A stretch of DNA of 64,000 nt from an uncultured Gammaproteobacteria bacterium (lineage in GTDB: Bacteria > Patescibacteriota > Microgenomatia > CAYGWK01), in NCBI GenBank assembly GCA_964353785.1, contig CAYGWK010000003.1, positions 17,303 through 81,302 on the forward strand, in the 5' to 3' direction. Positions 1 through 13,007 of this stretch are shown here, in pieces. Made by a program: the position numbers and the translations under genes. Every line of letters starts with the position of its first letter. The first letter of the stretch is position 1. The notes beneath the pieces were generated by a model, which worked only from the letters and a program-made list of their open reading frames with translations, searched no databases and was not told the origin of the DNA.

Positions 1-1
1 T

Positions 2-370
2 CTGGAATTCAGACTTAAGCTCATATTGAGCCAAAAGAAGTCCAGTACTATCAGTACAGCTAGCAGCTCCACAAACACCGATAGTAGGATCGGCAGCAGA
101 AACCATATCCAAAGCATCTTCATTTTTCATTGTACTTCCAGACAGAGCTACCCAAGGAAATTTCTCTTGAGACGCATAGAACCGATCAATCGCGGCCAAG
201 AGTTGGGAGGCGTCGGATTCCATACCTGTATCTCGGGCTCGGTTTAACTGCTCTAAGGGATTAATGGCGGCTAAAACGGCGACTGCCAAAACCCCGATTA
301 GGGCAATAACAATCAAAAGCTCAACCAAAGTAAAACCCTTTTCCACTAAAAAACGGGCAGTTTTTCTCAT
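2..370 (-). CDS. Type IV pilin (3' end runs off the window)
   Basis: Not in the ORF track. Hand translation from ATG at 370 gives MRKTARFLVEKGFTLVELLIVIALIGVLAVAVLAAINPLEQLNRARD, a class III prepilin G|FTLVE motif. SD-like GGGGGTGAG upstream; directly downstream of pilC. Confidence 0.9.
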   Translation of the reverse strand, partial: MRKTARFLVEKGFTLVELLIVIALIGVLAVAVLAAINPLEQLNRARDTGMESDASQLLAAIDRFYASQEKFPWVALSGSTMKNEDALDMVSAADPTIGVCGAASCTDSTGLLLAQYELKSEFQ

Positions 371-402
371 TTTATTTTCTTTTTCTCACCCCCTTTCAAC
401 TT

Positions 403-1608
403 CTAAAATTGTGTGGTTAAATTATATATTGGCAAGATAACGGCAATAATCAAAAAACCAACTCCTAATCCTAATACTATCATGATAAGAGGCTCTATGG
501 CAGTTGTCAAGCCCTTGACCATCTGCTCTGATTCAGATTCAAAATAGCGCGAGAGTTTGGTTAAAACCTCATCAACCTTACCCGTTTCCTCACCAACAGA
601 AATCATCTGGGAAACAATTGGGGGAAATTCCTCATAGACTGACAAAGTGGCGGCTAAAGGCAATCCTTTTTCTACCTGCTTGGCTGCCTCTTTTAATTCT
701 TGCTCAATAATTGAATTACCCACTCCTTCGGAAACGATATTTAAGGCATCAATTATGGAGATTCCGGCGGCCACCAAAAGCCCTAGAGTTCGCGTCATCT
801 CGGTCATAATTATTTGTTTTTGTAAATTTCCGAAAATTGGCAAAGAAAGAAAAAGACCATCAATTTTTTTTCTACCCATAGGAGTCTTCCCAAAGCCACG
901 CAAAACATAAAGTCCAGCCATTGCTCCAACAAGCATCATCCACCAAAACTTAACCATAAAACTAGAAATTCCAATAAGAATTTTGGTCGGGGTAGGCAAC
1001 TCTGCCTGGAATTCTTGATAAAGCGATAAAAGTTTGGGAATAACAAAAATCATCATAATTCCACCAACTGCTATCATACCAACGACAATTATCACTGGAT
1101 AAATCATCGCTCCTTTGACCTTGCCTTGAAATTCTCGCTGCTTTTCCAGATTTTCTGCCAGGCGAGCCAAAATTTCGTCTAGGACCCCGGCTGCTTCTCC
1201 GGCTTTAACCAAAGAGACATAAACTCGGTTGAAGACCTTTGGATGGCGCGAGAGGGCGTCAGCCAAAGAAGAGCCTCCCTCAACAGCCCGCAGAACATCC
1301 TCAACAACCACTGCCAAGGCTGGAGAACTTTGATTCTTAAGGATTGTTAAAGCGTCATTTACCGTTAAACCAGCCGTAATCATGGTTGAAAGCTGCCTGG
1401 TGAAAGTGGCCAGGTCAGAGAGGGTAATTCGGCGAAGAACCTTATTGGTTAAATCTTTGAAGATATCCTGTCTGGCGGGAGAAAGTGAAAATGGAACAAG
1501 ACCTCGTTCTCTTAAGGTCAAGCGGGCTTGTTTTTCATCAGCCGCCTCAACCATCCCCGAAACTGTTTTTCCTCCTTTGTCTTTGGCTTTATAGGTAAAC
1601 TTCCTCAT
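403..1608 (-). CDS. pilC: Type IV pilus/T2SS platform protein PilC/GspF
   Basis: FTRQLSTMITAG, AGEAAGVLDEIL, YPVII and GEETGKVDEVL motifs; next to pilT and pilB. Confidence 0.95.
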   Translation of the reverse strand: MRKFTYKAKDKGGKTVSGMVEAADEKQARLTLRERGLVPFSLSPARQDIFKDLTNKVLRRITLSDLATFTRQLSTMITAGLTVNDALTILKNQSSPALAVVVEDVLRAVEGGSSLADALSRHPKVFNRVYVSLVKAGEAAGVLDEILARLAENLEKQREFQGKVKGAMIYPVIIVVGMIAVGGIMMIFVIPKLLSLYQEFQAELPTPTKILIGISSFMVKFWWMMLVGAMAGLYVLRGFGKTPMGRKKIDGLFLSLPIFGNLQKQIIMTEMTRTLGLLVAAGISIIDALNIVSEGVGNSIIEQELKEAAKQVEKGLPLAATLSVYEEFPPIVSQMISVGEETGKVDEVLTKLSRYFESESEQMVKGLTTAIEPLIMIVLGLGVGFLIIAVILPIYNLTTQF

Positions 1609-1616
1609 TTATTTTT

Positions 1617-2675
1617 TTACTTACCCCTAATCTGCCTCATCAAATCTTCTGGGCGAAGGGCATAGGCTTGGGCAGTCTCAAGACTTATCTTTCCTTGTTT
1701 AACCAAAGAAGTAAGGTTTGTTTCCAAGGAAACCATTCCCAGTTCGGCTGAAGTTTGGATAATATTGTCAATCATATGGGTTTTACCTTCTCTGACAGAT
1801 GTTTGAACCGCTGGGGTGACGGTCATAATCTCGTAGGCAACCACCCGTCCTCCGGTTAAGCAGGGAAGAAGCCTTTGAGATAAAACTGCCTCAAGGGTTG
1901 AAGAAAGCTGCATCCGAACCTGACTTTTGGCATGCTCTGGAAAAACATCAACAATTCGGTCGACTGTTTGGGCGGCCGAGTTGGTATGCAAAGTGGCAAA
2001 AACCAAATGTCCAGTCTCGGCAATGGTTAAGGCTGAAGCAATCGTCTCGTAATCTCTCATTTCTCCAATCAAAACTACATTTGGGTCTTCTCGAAGGCAG
2101 GAACGAAGGGCTATTTCCCAGGAATGAGTATCACCATGGACTTCTCTTTGGGAGACAATCGATTTTCCTTTGGGTAGAACAAACTCAATCGGATCCTCAA
2201 TGGTAACAATATGTTCAGTCCGAGCCTGGTTTATTTCATTTAAGATGGCCGCCAGTGTTGTTGATTTTCCGTGTCCGGTTGGTCCAGTAACCAGAATAAA
2301 CCCCTGTTTTAAGGTAGCAAAGGTGTGGCAAATCTTGGGCAAGCCCAATTCATCTATGCCCCGAATCTCAAAAGGAATAAGTCGGAGTGAAGCTGCCATC
2401 GAGCCTCTTTGATGATAAGCATTAATCCTAAATCTGGCCTTTCCCTCAAATTCAAAAGAAAAGTCGAGTTCTTTATTGACAGCGAGAATTTCTTTCTGTT
2501 CGGCATTGGTTATTTGCCAAACTAATTCTTGAATTTTCTGGCCAGTTAAAACCTCTTTACCAGAAATCTGAAGCAAAACTCCGTTAACCCGAAGAGTAGG
2601 CGGGATACCGACTAAAAGATGAAGGTCTGAAGCCTTATTATCAATGGCTATTTGTAATAGTTCTTGAATATCCAT
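1617..2675 (-). CDS. pilT: Type IV pilus retraction ATPase PilT
   Basis: ASDLHL, Walker A GPTGHGKST, TIEDPIE, LREDPNVVLIGEMRD, TGHLVFATLHT. Start trimmed to MDIQELL. Confidence 0.95.
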   Translation of the reverse strand: MDIQELLQIAIDNKASDLHLLVGIPPTLRVNGVLLQISGKEVLTGQKIQELVWQITNAEQKEILAVNKELDFSFEFEGKARFRINAYHQRGSMAASLRLIPFEIRGIDELGLPKICHTFATLKQGFILVTGPTGHGKSTTLAAILNEINQARTEHIVTIEDPIEFVLPKGKSIVSQREVHGDTHSWEIALRSCLREDPNVVLIGEMRDYETIASALTIAETGHLVFATLHTNSAAQTVDRIVDVFPEHAKSQVRMQLSSTLEAVLSQRLLPCLTGGRVVAYEIMTVTPAVQTSVREGKTHMIDNIIQTSAELGMVSLETNLTSLVKQGKISLETAQAYALRPEDLMRQIRGK

Positions 2676-2683
2676 GGGCAGTC

Positions 2684-4426
2684 TCAATCCTGCGCTACGC
2701 GCAGTACTTCTTCTATGGTAGTTATTCCTTCGACTACTTTCAAGTACCCGTCCTGCTTCATAGTAATCATTCCTTCCTCAACCGCTTGTTTTTCAATTTC
2801 TGAGGCAGGAGAACGCTCTAAAATCAATCTTCCGACTTTCTCACTCACTGGTAAAACTTCAAAAACTCCAAGTCGGCCAAAATAACCAGTATTGTTACAT
2901 TCAGGGCAACCCTTTCCCCGAAAAAGTTTAAACTTCTCTCCCTTATTACCCAAAAGATTTCCCAAAACTTTTTTTATGTCCTCGATTACCTCCAAGGCCG
3001 GCTCGTATTCTTCTTTACAGGTTGGACAAATCCGCCGACAAATTCGTTGGGCAACGACAGCAGTCATAGAGGAAGCCAACAAAAACGGTTCGGCGTGCAT
3101 ATCCAAGAGTCGAGGTAGGGCACCGGAGGCAGAGTTAGTATGGAGGGTTGAGAAAACTAAATGACCAGTTAGAGAAGCCTGAATTGCCAAATCGGCGGTC
3201 TCCGTATCCCGAACTTCTCCAACCAAAATAATGTTTGGGTCCTGGCGTAAAAATGAGCGAAGACCTGAGGCAAAAGTCAAACCGGCTTGAGGATTAACCT
3301 GGACTTGATTAACTCCGGGGATTTGATACTCAACTGGGTCTTCCAAGGTGACAATATTGACCCTAGTGGTGTTTATTTTTGATAAAACAGCATATAAGGT
3401 AGTCGTTTTCCCTGACCCGGTTGGTCCACAAACAAGAATAATTCCATGAGGTCGAAGGATGGCATCTTCCAAATTTGCCAAAGCCTTACCCCGAAGTCCC
3501 AAATCTGGCAAGGTAGGTATTCCTCCGCTCTTTTTTAAAAGCCGCATAACAATTTTTTCTCCATAAACCGTGGGTAGAGAGGAAACCCGAAGATCAACTT
3601 CATCACCATCGGAGCGGAAATTAAATCGTCCATCCTGGGGAATTCTTTTTTCATCAATTTTCATTCCGGAAAGAATTTTAATCCGGGAGACAAGCGCCTC
3701 ATGAACATTTTTTGGCAGAATCAATTTCTCGTGCAAAATTCCGTCGATTCGGTATCTAATTCGAGTTTTGTCCTCTTGAGGTTCAAGGTGAATGTCTGAG
3801 GCTCTTGAGCGAACAGCAAATTCCAAAAGGGTCGAGACAATTTTGGCAATTGGGGCTTCTCTTATAATTTCGCCCAATTTTTTAATATCGACGGTCTTGA
3901 CTCCGATTTCTGGAGCGACTTCTTTTAAAGCAGCGGTCACATCGGTGGCTAGTCCTGCTCCGTAGCGCTCAACAATGGCATTTTTGACTTCCGAGGGAGT
4001 AGTCATAAAAGGCTTAACTTTGGCTCCTGTTTTTTTCTCGACAAACTCAACTGTCTCCAAATTAAGAGGGTCGGCCATGGCCAAAGAAAGTTCATTTTTC
4101 TTTTTGTTATAGGAAAATGGTAAAAGATTATTTGCTTCAGCGACTGACCTTGGAACCAAATTTAAAGCCTCGGGGGAAGAAGGAGTCTCCGAAAGAGAAA
4201 TATATGGAATATTATAAAACTGGGCTCGAGCCTGCGTTAAATCGCTCTCCGAGACAAGTTTACCTTCGGTGATTATCTGTTCAATTGGTTTGCCGGTGTT
4301 TATAAAGTCAAGTTTTATCTTTTCTGCTTTGTCAGGAGAAAGTTTTCCCGAAGCCGCCAAAATATCAACAATGGTTTTAGACGGAGCTTCTTGAGGCTGG
4401 GCAGCTTGAGCAGGCATTATTAACAT
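2684..4426 (-). CDS. pilB: Type IV pilus assembly ATPase PilB/GspE
   Basis: ASDIHLEP, PQDGR, GPTGSGKTTT, LRQDPNIILVGEVRD, CxxC...GCxxC zinc motif. Confidence 0.95.
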   Translation of the reverse strand: MLIMPAQAAQPQEAPSKTIVDILAASGKLSPDKAEKIKLDFINTGKPIEQIITEGKLVSESDLTQARAQFYNIPYISLSETPSSPEALNLVPRSVAEANNLLPFSYNKKKNELSLAMADPLNLETVEFVEKKTGAKVKPFMTTPSEVKNAIVERYGAGLATDVTAALKEVAPEIGVKTVDIKKLGEIIREAPIAKIVSTLLEFAVRSRASDIHLEPQEDKTRIRYRIDGILHEKLILPKNVHEALVSRIKILSGMKIDEKRIPQDGRFNFRSDGDEVDLRVSSLPTVYGEKIVMRLLKKSGGIPTLPDLGLRGKALANLEDAILRPHGIILVCGPTGSGKTTTLYAVLSKINTTRVNIVTLEDPVEYQIPGVNQVQVNPQAGLTFASGLRSFLRQDPNIILVGEVRDTETADLAIQASLTGHLVFSTLHTNSASGALPRLLDMHAEPFLLASSMTAVVAQRICRRICPTCKEEYEPALEVIEDIKKVLGNLLGNKGEKFKLFRGKGCPECNNTGYFGRLGVFEVLPVSEKVGRLILERSPASEIEKQAVEEGMITMKQDGYLKVVEGITTIEEVLRVAQD

Positions 4427-4447
4427 TTTAAGGTAAATTCTGCTAGA

Positions 4448-5125
4448 ATGTCAACAATGGCAAACTTTTTAATCGTTGGCGGAAATCTTAAAAGTCGGCA
4501 AAAGAAAATTGAAGAAATTTATCAAAAGGAAAAATCTCAAAAAATTGAAAAAGACCCTGATACTTTTGTTCTAGAGTCGCAAGAAAGTGCTGGAATAGAC
4601 CAAACAAGAAATTTAAAACATTGGCTTTCTCTTAAGCCTTATAGTCTTCCCCCAAAGGTTGCCATTATTTCTGAGGCTCAAAATTTAACCCCTGAGGCTC
4701 AAGCCTCTTTGGGCAAAATCTTAGAAGAACCGCCAGGGGAAACATTGATAATTTTGGCCAGTCCTAATCTTGAAACTCTCTTGCCAACAATTTCCTCAAG
4801 ATGCCAGACAGTCAACCTTCCTCCCCAGCCAGAAATAAGCCTTTCGGAGGAAGAAAAAAAAGATTACCAGTCTCTCCTTGAAAAAATTTTAAAATCCTCA
4901 CCTGGAGAAAGGATAAAGTTTGTCGAAGGAATAAAAGGAAGAGACGAAGCAGAAAATTTTTGCCAAATCCAACTTTTCCTGTGGCGAGAAATACTTTTAA
5001 AAAATCCAAATCTGGAAATTTCCAAAATTATTCGCCAAATTCAAAAAACCTTAAAACTCCTTAAGGCAAACGTCAACTATCGTTTGGCCCTAGAGAATCT
5101 TCTCTTTTCGTATCCTCAAATCGGC

Positions 5126-5140
<15 letters not shown>
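4448..5140 (+). CDS. holB: DNA polymerase III delta-prime-like subunit (short form)
   Basis: KVAIISEAQNLTPEAQASLGKILEEPP and LLPTISSRC clamp-loader motifs. Confidence 0.75.
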
Positions 5141-7085
<1,945 letters not shown>

Positions 7086-7092
7086 TAATTAT

Positions 7093-7659
7093 ATGATGGA
7101 AACAAAAAAATTAGCAAAACAAAATCTTTGGCAACAAGTATCTTCTGGTGAAAAAATTCCTCAAGAAATAAACTGCCTGATTGAGATTCCCAAAGGGGGG
7201 ACCAATAAATATGAATACGATTCCCGATGGGGAACCTTCAGGCTTGACAGAGTCCTATATGAGGCAGTTTTTTATCCAACTGAATACGGAATTATTCCCC
7301 AAACCTGGAGCGAAAAAGACAAAGACCCTCTTGATGTTATGGTTTTATCAACTTTTCCAACTTTCCCAGGCTGCGTTATTCCTTGTCGACCAATTGGCGC
7401 TATCAGGCTTTTAGACACAGGTGAAGAAGACAATAAAATTGTCGCCGTGCCTGTCAATGATCCTCGTTTTGAACAAGTTAAAGATTTGTCGGATTTACCG
7501 CCTCATTCCAAAAAAGAGATCTCAAATTTCTGGGAAAATTACTCTGAACTTCAACCCGAGAAAAAAATCAAAGTTTTGGGTTGGAGCGCCAAAGAAAAAG
7601 CCTGGGAAATGATAAGAGAAGGAGTTGAAAGTTACCGGAAAATTTTTGGCGTCTCCTAA
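7093..7659 (+). CDS. ppa: Inorganic pyrophosphatase (family I)
   Basis: IEIPKG..NKYEYD, LDRVLY, YPTEYGIIPQT, DPLDVMV, DNKIVAVP. Start trimmed to MMETKK. Confidence 0.93.
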   Translation: MMETKKLAKQNLWQQVSSGEKIPQEINCLIEIPKGGTNKYEYDSRWGTFRLDRVLYEAVFYPTEYGIIPQTWSEKDKDPLDVMVLSTFPTFPGCVIPCRPIGAIRLLDTGEEDNKIVAVPVNDPRFEQVKDLSDLPPHSKKEISNFWENYSELQPEKKIKVLGWSAKEKAWEMIREGVESYRKIFGVS

Positions 7660-7668
7660 AACTTCATT

Positions 7669-10245
7669 ATGGATATTGGCAAGATTCAACCAGTTGGAAT
7701 AACCGAGGAGATGCAGAAGTCTTACCTCGACTATGCCATGTCAGTCATTGTCGCTCGGGCCTTGCCCGATGTTCGAGATGGCTTAAAACCAGTTCATCGC
7801 CGAATCCTTTTTGCCATGCATCAGATGAGTCTTACCCACCAAGCCCATTTTTCAAAGAGCGCCAAAGTTGTCGGTGAAGTCTTAGGAAAGTACCATCCCC
7901 ATGGAGATATGCCAGTTTATGAGGCTTTAGTCCGCTTGGCTCAAGATTTCTCGATGCGGTATCCGTTAGTAGAAGGTCAGGGAAATTTTGGTTCAGTCGA
8001 TGGCGACCCTCCGGCAGCCATGCGTTATACTGAAACCAGGCTAGCCCAAATTTCTCAAGAAATGCTTTCTGACTTGGAAAAAGAAACCGTCCCCCAACTG
8101 GCAAATTTTGACGCCACCTTAACTGAACCAGTTTTTCTTCCGGCAAAATTACCAAATCTGCTCCTTATGGGTTCAGATGGAATTGCGGTTGGGATGGCCA
8201 CCAAAATTCCTCCTCATAATCTCTCTGAGGTTGTTGACGCCCTAACTTTTATGATTGAAAAGGGTAGGGCTTCTAAAGGAGCGGGTACACCTTTGGGAGA
8301 AGAGGGTTTTCAAAAAATTAAACTTGATAGGGAACCTCAAGAGACTTCGGTTTTTGAAAGTGACGTCTCAATCCAAGATTTACTTAAATACCTTAAAGGT
8401 CCTGATTTCCCAACTGGTGGAGAAATCTTTGACCTGGAACAAATTACCGAAGTTTACGCCACCGGAAGAGGGAGAATCTTAATCAGAGGAAAGGCAGAAA
8501 TTGAAGAGACAAAGTCAGGCCGTTTCCAGGTCATAGTTTCTGAAATCCCATATCAAGTCAACAAAGCCGAATTGGTCAAAAGAATCGCCAGCATGGCTAA
8601 AGAAAAAAGACTTGAGGGAATATCTGATTTAAGAGACGAATCAGACAGACATGGAATAAGAGTCGTCTTAGAACTTAAAAGAGACGCCAAACCAAAGGCG
8701 GTTTTAAACAATCTTTACAAATTAACTAGCCTTCAGACAGTTTTCCCGGCTAACTTTGTCGCCTTGGTTGATGGCGTTCCCCAAACCCTAAATCTCAAAC
8801 AGATTCTTACTTTATACATCCGCCACCGTCAGGAGATAGTCACCAAGAAAAGTGTTTTTGAACTGAGCCAAGCCAAAGCCAAGGCTCATATTTTAGAAGG
8901 CTTAAAAATTGCCCTTGATAATTTAGATGATGTTATCTTAACTATTAAGCGCTCCGAGGATGCCGAAGAGGCAAAGAAAAATTTAATGAAAAAGTTTTCT
9001 TTAACTGAAATCCAGGCAACTGCTATTTTGGATATGCAACTTCGAAGATTAGCCCACTTGGAAAGACAAAAAATTGAAGATGAATACAAAATGACCATGG
9101 AGGAAATTTCTTATCTTGAGGATTTACTGGCTCATCCAGAAAAAATCTTAAATGTTATAAAAAAAGAACTCCTTTATCTTAAAGAAAAATATGCAGACGG
9201 CAGAAAAACTCGGGTCTATGCCCAAAAACTAGGCGAATTTTCCGAGGAAGATTTAATTCCTAAAGAAGAGACGATTGTTACCATTACTACTTCAGGTTAT
9301 ATAAAACGAGTGCCCAGGGGGACTTTTCGGGTTCAGCGCCGAGGCGGAAAGGGAGTAATTGGGATGACAACTAAGGAGGAAGACCAAATTGCCCAGATTT
9401 TGACCGCCTCAACCCATGACAACATTTTATTCTTCACCGATAAAGGTCGGGTCTTCCGGCTTCGGGTTTGGGACTTACCTGAAGGAAGCCGCCAGAGCAA
9501 AGGTCAGGCGATTATAAATCTGATAAATATTGAATCAGGAGAACAGATTCAGTCAATTTTGACCACCTCAGCCGTTGAAAAAGATAAACAAAATAAACAA
9601 AAATTTCTTCTTTTGGTCACCAAAAAGGGGACCGTTAAAAAAACTCGTCTTGAGGACTATGAAAATATCCGCTCCTCTGGCCTTATCACCATTAAGCTTC
9701 TTCAAGGAGACGCTCTTTGTTGGACCCATGTCACTCAAGGATCAGACCTAGTTTTACTTGTTTCTTATCAGGGGAAATCAATTAAATTTTCCGAAAAAGA
9801 TATAAGACCGACTGCCCGAGATACTATGGGAGTTAGGGGAATTCAACTTAAGAAAGAAGACTACGTCGTCGGGATGGAAATTTTTCCAGAAAGAATAGAA
9901 AAACCAGCCGATGGTCGGAAAAAAGTTTTTCGAAACATTTTGGTGGTAATGGAGAAGGGGATAGGAAAAAGAACCGATTTGTCAGAATTTCCTTTACAAA
10001 AGCGAGGAGGTATGGGAGTTAAGGTAGCGGAAATTACTCAAAAAACCGGTAAGGTTTCTTGCGCCAAAATGGTCAATCAAAAAGTTGACCAGGTAATTTT
10101 AACTTCAAAATTTGCCCAGGTGATAAAACTTCCTTTGAAAAATATTCCCAAACTTGGCCGGGCCACCCAAGGGGTAATTTTGATGAGATTTTCCGACCCA
10201 GCCGACTCAATCGCCGCCGTTACTTGTCTTGAAAAAGAAAAGTGA
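7669..10245 (+). CDS. gyrA: DNA gyrase subunit A
   Basis: [29 protein letters not shown]; GyrA-box QRRGGKG is present. Confidence 0.98.
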   Translation: MDIGKIQPVGITEEMQKSYLDYAMSVIVARALPDVRDGLKPVHRRILFAMHQMSLTHQAHFSKSAKVVGEVLGKYHPHGDMPVYEALVRLAQDFSMRYPLVEGQGNFGSVDGDPPAAMRYTETRLAQISQEMLSDLEKETVPQLANFDATLTEPVFLPAKLPNLLLMGSDGIAVGMATKIPPHNLSEVVDALTFMIEKGRASKGAGTPLGEEGFQKIKLDREPQETSVFESDVSIQDLLKYLKGPDFPTGGEIFDLEQITEVYATGRGRILIRGKAEIEETKSGRFQVIVSEIPYQVNKAELVKRIASMAKEKRLEGISDLRDESDRHGIRVVLELKRDAKPKAVLNNLYKLTSLQTVFPANFVALVDGVPQTLNLKQILTLYIRHRQEIVTKKSVFELSQAKAKAHILEGLKIALDNLDDVILTIKRSEDAEEAKKNLMKKFSLTEIQATAILDMQLRRLAHLERQKIEDEYKMTMEEISYLEDLLAHPEKILNVIKKELLYLKEKYADGRKTRVYAQKLGEFSEEDLIPKEETIVTITTSGYIKRVPRGTFRVQRRGGKGVIGMTTKEEDQIAQILTASTHDNILFFTDKGRVFRLRVWDLPEGSRQSKGQAIINLINIESGEQIQSILTTSAVEKDKQNKQKFLLLVTKKGTVKKTRLEDYENIRSSGLITIKLLQGDALCWTHVTQGSDLVLLVSYQGKSIKFSEKDIRPTARDTMGVRGIQLKKEDYVVGMEIFPERIEKPADGRKKVFRNILVVMEKGIGKRTDLSEFPLQKRGGMGVKVAEITQKTGKVSCAKMVNQKVDQVILTSKFAQVIKLPLKNIPKLGRATQGVILMRFSDPADSIAAVTCLEKEK

Positions 10246-11747
10246 AATTCCTACTCCTTTTTTTAGTTTATTTTTTAACCAGATTTTTTGCTCTTTCTTC
10301 TTTACCAATCTTCAATGACGAGTCAATTTACCTTCATTGGGGTCAAATCATGACCAATGTTCCGGGTCAGGCTTTTTATTCACTTTTTGACGGTAAACCA
10401 CCGCTTGTTCTTTGGGTTTTTGGAACTATCCAAAAATTTCCAATTGATCCGCTAGTCGCTGGAAGATTAATCTCAATTATTTTTGGGACCTTAACCATCT
10501 TTGGAATTTTAAAAATTTGCCAGCTCCTTAAATTTTCTCAAAAGACCCAAATTATTGCCGGTCTTTTATATATTTTAAGCCCCTTGACTTTATTTTTTGA
10601 TCGCCTAGCAATTTTAGATAGTCCAATTTCCACCATTTTTATTTGGATAGTCTATCTCTCTTTAAAAATTTCCCAATCCAAAATCATTAATCATAAGCAA
10701 AGCTTGTTGCTACGCAATAAATCATCAATCCTGCTTGGCTTGGTCCAGGCCGCTGGTCTTTGGATTAAAGGCACTTGCCGCATTTTTCTCTTTCTTCCAT
10801 TTATAATTCCAGTTTTAACTTTACTTGCCGACAAAAATAAAAAGGGGGCGAGTAGGGAAGCGGTATCTTTTTTTATCTCTTTCGCCTTAGCTCAAATTCT
10901 TTTTTTCCCAATCAGACTTAATTCTCTTTTCCCAATTTTCCAGAAAAGAGAAGCGGATTTTCTCCTACCTTTATCAGGGATATTTAGCCCAGTGGTCTGG
11001 TCTTCTCATCTCTTACTCTTAATTCTTACTTTGACTGTTTTTATCACCCCTTTGGTTTTAATTTTTGCTGTTTTTGGTTTTTATAAACTTTTTAAAACAG
11101 ATAAGAAAACGGCTCTGGTTTTATTATCGTTTTCAGTAATTCCTCTTGTAATTGAAATTTCAACCGCCCGCTTTTTTCTCTCTCGCTATTTTCTCTTTAC
11201 CATCTTGCCAATTTTTATTTTCTGCGCTTACGGACTTGAGCAAATTAAAAAATGGAAAAAAATCGCTGCCATTTTTACTTTCATTCTGCCAGTAACTCTT
11301 ACTCTATCTCTTACTCTCACTCCCTTCTCAACCCTTAAAACTTTGTCCCAGAATAAACATAGTTTGTTGCTTCGCAATAAAATTCTCGCCCAAGATTTAG
11401 AACAATATTTTACTGGCTGGACTTCAGGTTATGGGGTTAAGGAAGCAGCAGATTTTCTAGTCCAGGAGTCCCAAAAAGGCCCAATAATTGTTCTTCTTCG
11501 GGCCGACAGCGGTAACCCGGAAGATGGAATGTTTGTTTTCTTGGGAAAAAATAAAAATATAATTTTTGCTCAAGCGACTCAAAAACCAAAACCAGAAGAA
11601 CTTAAGGCTTTATCAAAATTTCCAATTTTCTTTGTCAGTCGCGGTCCGCAGTTTCTTGGGATGGAGAATTCGCTTTCCGAATTAGCAATATTTAAGAAGC
11701 CTCTCGGAGAAGAGTTTGTGGGAATCTATAAAATCAATTTTAAATAG
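10242..11747 (+). CDS. GT-C (ArnT/PMT-like) membrane glycosyltransferase
   Basis: [15 protein letters not shown], multiple TM helices, [10 protein letters not shown]. Carries two in-frame 24-bp element copies. Confidence 0.8.
   Translation: MKFLLLFLVYFLTRFFALSSLPIFNDESIYLHWGQIMTNVPGQAFYSLFDGKPPLVLWVFGTIQKFPIDPLVAGRLISIIFGTLTIFGILKICQLLKFSQKTQIIAGLLYILSPLTLFFDRLAILDSPISTIFIWIVYLSLKISQSKIINHKQSLLLRNKSSILLGLVQAAGLWIKGTCRIFLFLPFIIPVLTLLADKNKKGASREAVSFFISFALAQILFFPIRLNSLFPIFQKREADFLLPLSGIFSPVVWSSHLLLLILTLTVFITPLVLIFAVFGFYKLFKTDKKTALVLLSFSVIPLVIEISTARFFLSRYFLFTILPIFIFCAYGLEQIKKWKKIAAIFTFILPVTLTLSLTLTPFSTLKTLSQNKHSLLLRNKILAQDLEQYFTGWTSGYGVKEAADFLVQESQKGPIIVLLRADSGNPEDGMFVFLGKNKNIIFAQATQKPKPEELKALSKFPIFFVSRGPQFLGMENSLSELAIFKKPLGEEFVGIYKINFK
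10693..10720 (+). mobile_element. 24-bp double-hairpin micro-element with ATAA duplication, in frame (KQSLLLRN)
   Basis: ATAA-GCAAAGCTTGTTGCTACGCA-ATAA. Removing 24 bp restores the heptamer run aaaatca-ttaatca-taaatca-tcaatc. Confidence 0.8.
11352..11380 (+). mobile_element. 24-bp micro-element, in frame (KHSLLLRN)
   Basis: AATAAACATAGTTTGTTGCTTCGCAATAA; first stem is the compensatory AAAC/GTTT variant. Confidence 0.8.
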
Positions 11748-11755
11748 CAATCCTT

Positions 11756-12484
11756 TTACTTTCTTCCAAAGAAACTAGTAACGTAGTCTCTTAAGGCAAC
11801 ACATTCTTCCTTAGCTATACCTTTCTCTGACAAAGGAAGCGTATAAAGAGGAGTGGCTCCAATATAAACAACTCCTTGCGATTGTAATCCCTCTTGAGAA
11901 GAGGAGCTAATGACTACCCCTGAATTAAAACTAATTCGTTTCCTTCCAATTTCTTCATCCCAACAGACTTTAACTGTTGACATAGTGACCGATATTTCTC
12001 TGGGCGCCTTTTTCTTCATTTGAAAAAGAGCTTCATCGGCTGGCCTTCCCAAACCTTCGGCTGCCAGCCTTTCTTCTCGGGTTTCAGAAGGCTCTTGAAG
12101 AACAACGTAGAAACTAAGTTGAGTTATGGCTTTTGATTCTTTAGTAGGCAACTTATCGGGATCACCAGGTCGCTTCAATTTTAATGAATAACGATCTCCG
12201 TTTTCGTGAGATTCTGTTTTGACAACCATTTTAAATCCATCTGGGTCTTCAATAAATTCTCCCAATAATTTCTTTAATGCTTCAAGGTTAGCAGAGCATC
12301 TATCAAGATCTTTTTGAGGAATTTTCGCTAGTTGATATTCAGGGAAAAGTGACTTAACATCTAGCGCCAAAGTTTCTTTATAACGGTCAATTATGGGAAT
12401 TATTCTCCTCTCAACGACTTCAGGGATTGAAATTTCCTTGACTGGGATTTTTTCTCCCTCTCTAATCTCATTCATAAAAATCAT
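11756..12484 (-). CDS. Hypothetical protein
   Basis: 242-aa ORF filling the gap between convergent/divergent genes; no motif recognised. Confidence 0.65.
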   Translation of the reverse strand: MIFMNEIREGEKIPVKEISIPEVVERRIIPIIDRYKETLALDVKSLFPEYQLAKIPQKDLDRCSANLEALKKLLGEFIEDPDGFKMVVKTESHENGDRYSLKLKRPGDPDKLPTKESKAITQLSFYVVLQEPSETREERLAAEGLGRPADEALFQMKKKAPREISVTMSTVKVCWDEEIGRKRISFNSGVVISSSSQEGLQSQGVVYIGATPLYTLPLSEKGIAKEECVALRDYVTSFFGRK

Positions 12485-12544
12485 TTTATCATAAATGATT
12501 AAATCTCTCCAGTTTTATTTTCTTACAAACTATTGATAAGTTTG

Positions 12545-12570
12545 TATATCATATATTAATATATGATATA
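12545..12570. promoter_or_regulatory. Perfect 26-bp palindrome at the start of the TrpR-like gene
   Basis: TATATCATATATTAATATATGATATA; near-identical copy at 12964-12989. Confidence 0.7.
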
Positions 12571-12959
12571 TGACACATGTTTCAAGAAAGAAACTACCAG
12601 ATAAAGTTCTTCGACAGATTTTAGAATCTTTTTTGTTTGTTTTAACCAGCACCAAGAAAAAGGAGGAAATGTCTAAATTCCTGGATGCCTTCTTATCGAA
12701 TACCGAAAAAATAATGTTAGCCAAAAGACTAGCGATCGTTTTTCTTTTATCCGAAGCGGTGGAGGAGACCAAAATTTCAGAAACTCTGTTGGTAACTCAG
12801 TCGACTGTCTCAAGAATAAAACTCTGGTATGAAACGAAGGGTTCAGGTTACAAAATTGCCATTACCAAACTTAAAAAACAAAAACTCCTTGGAGAACTAA
12901 AATTACTCGCTTTGGAAGTCGCTCGCCGTGGTATCCGAGCCGCCGGTGGTCGTCCCTAA
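12570..12959 (+). CDS. TrpR-like (YerC/YecD) HTH protein
   Basis: FLDAFLSNTEKIMLAKRLAIVFLL followed by the HTH ETKISETLLVTQSTVSRIK. Confidence 0.8.
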   Translation: MTHVSRKKLPDKVLRQILESFLFVLTSTKKKEEMSKFLDAFLSNTEKIMLAKRLAIVFLLSEAVEETKISETLLVTQSTVSRIKLWYETKGSGYKIAITKLKKQKLLGELKLLALEVARRGIRAAGGRP

Positions 12960-12963
12960 CTCG

Positions 12964-12989
12964 TATATCATATATTAATATATCGTATA
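12964..12989. repeat. Second copy of the 26-bp palindrome, just after the TrpR-like stop
   Basis: TATATCATATATTAATATATCGTATA (24/26 identical to 12545-12570). Confidence 0.75.
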
Positions 12990-13007
12990 AGTTATCTTCC
13001 CTAAAAA

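Noticed and set aside
647-3164. Short antisense ORFs over pil, gyr and other housekeeping genes
   Set aside because: Shadow frames of well-supported CDSs with no independent motifs.
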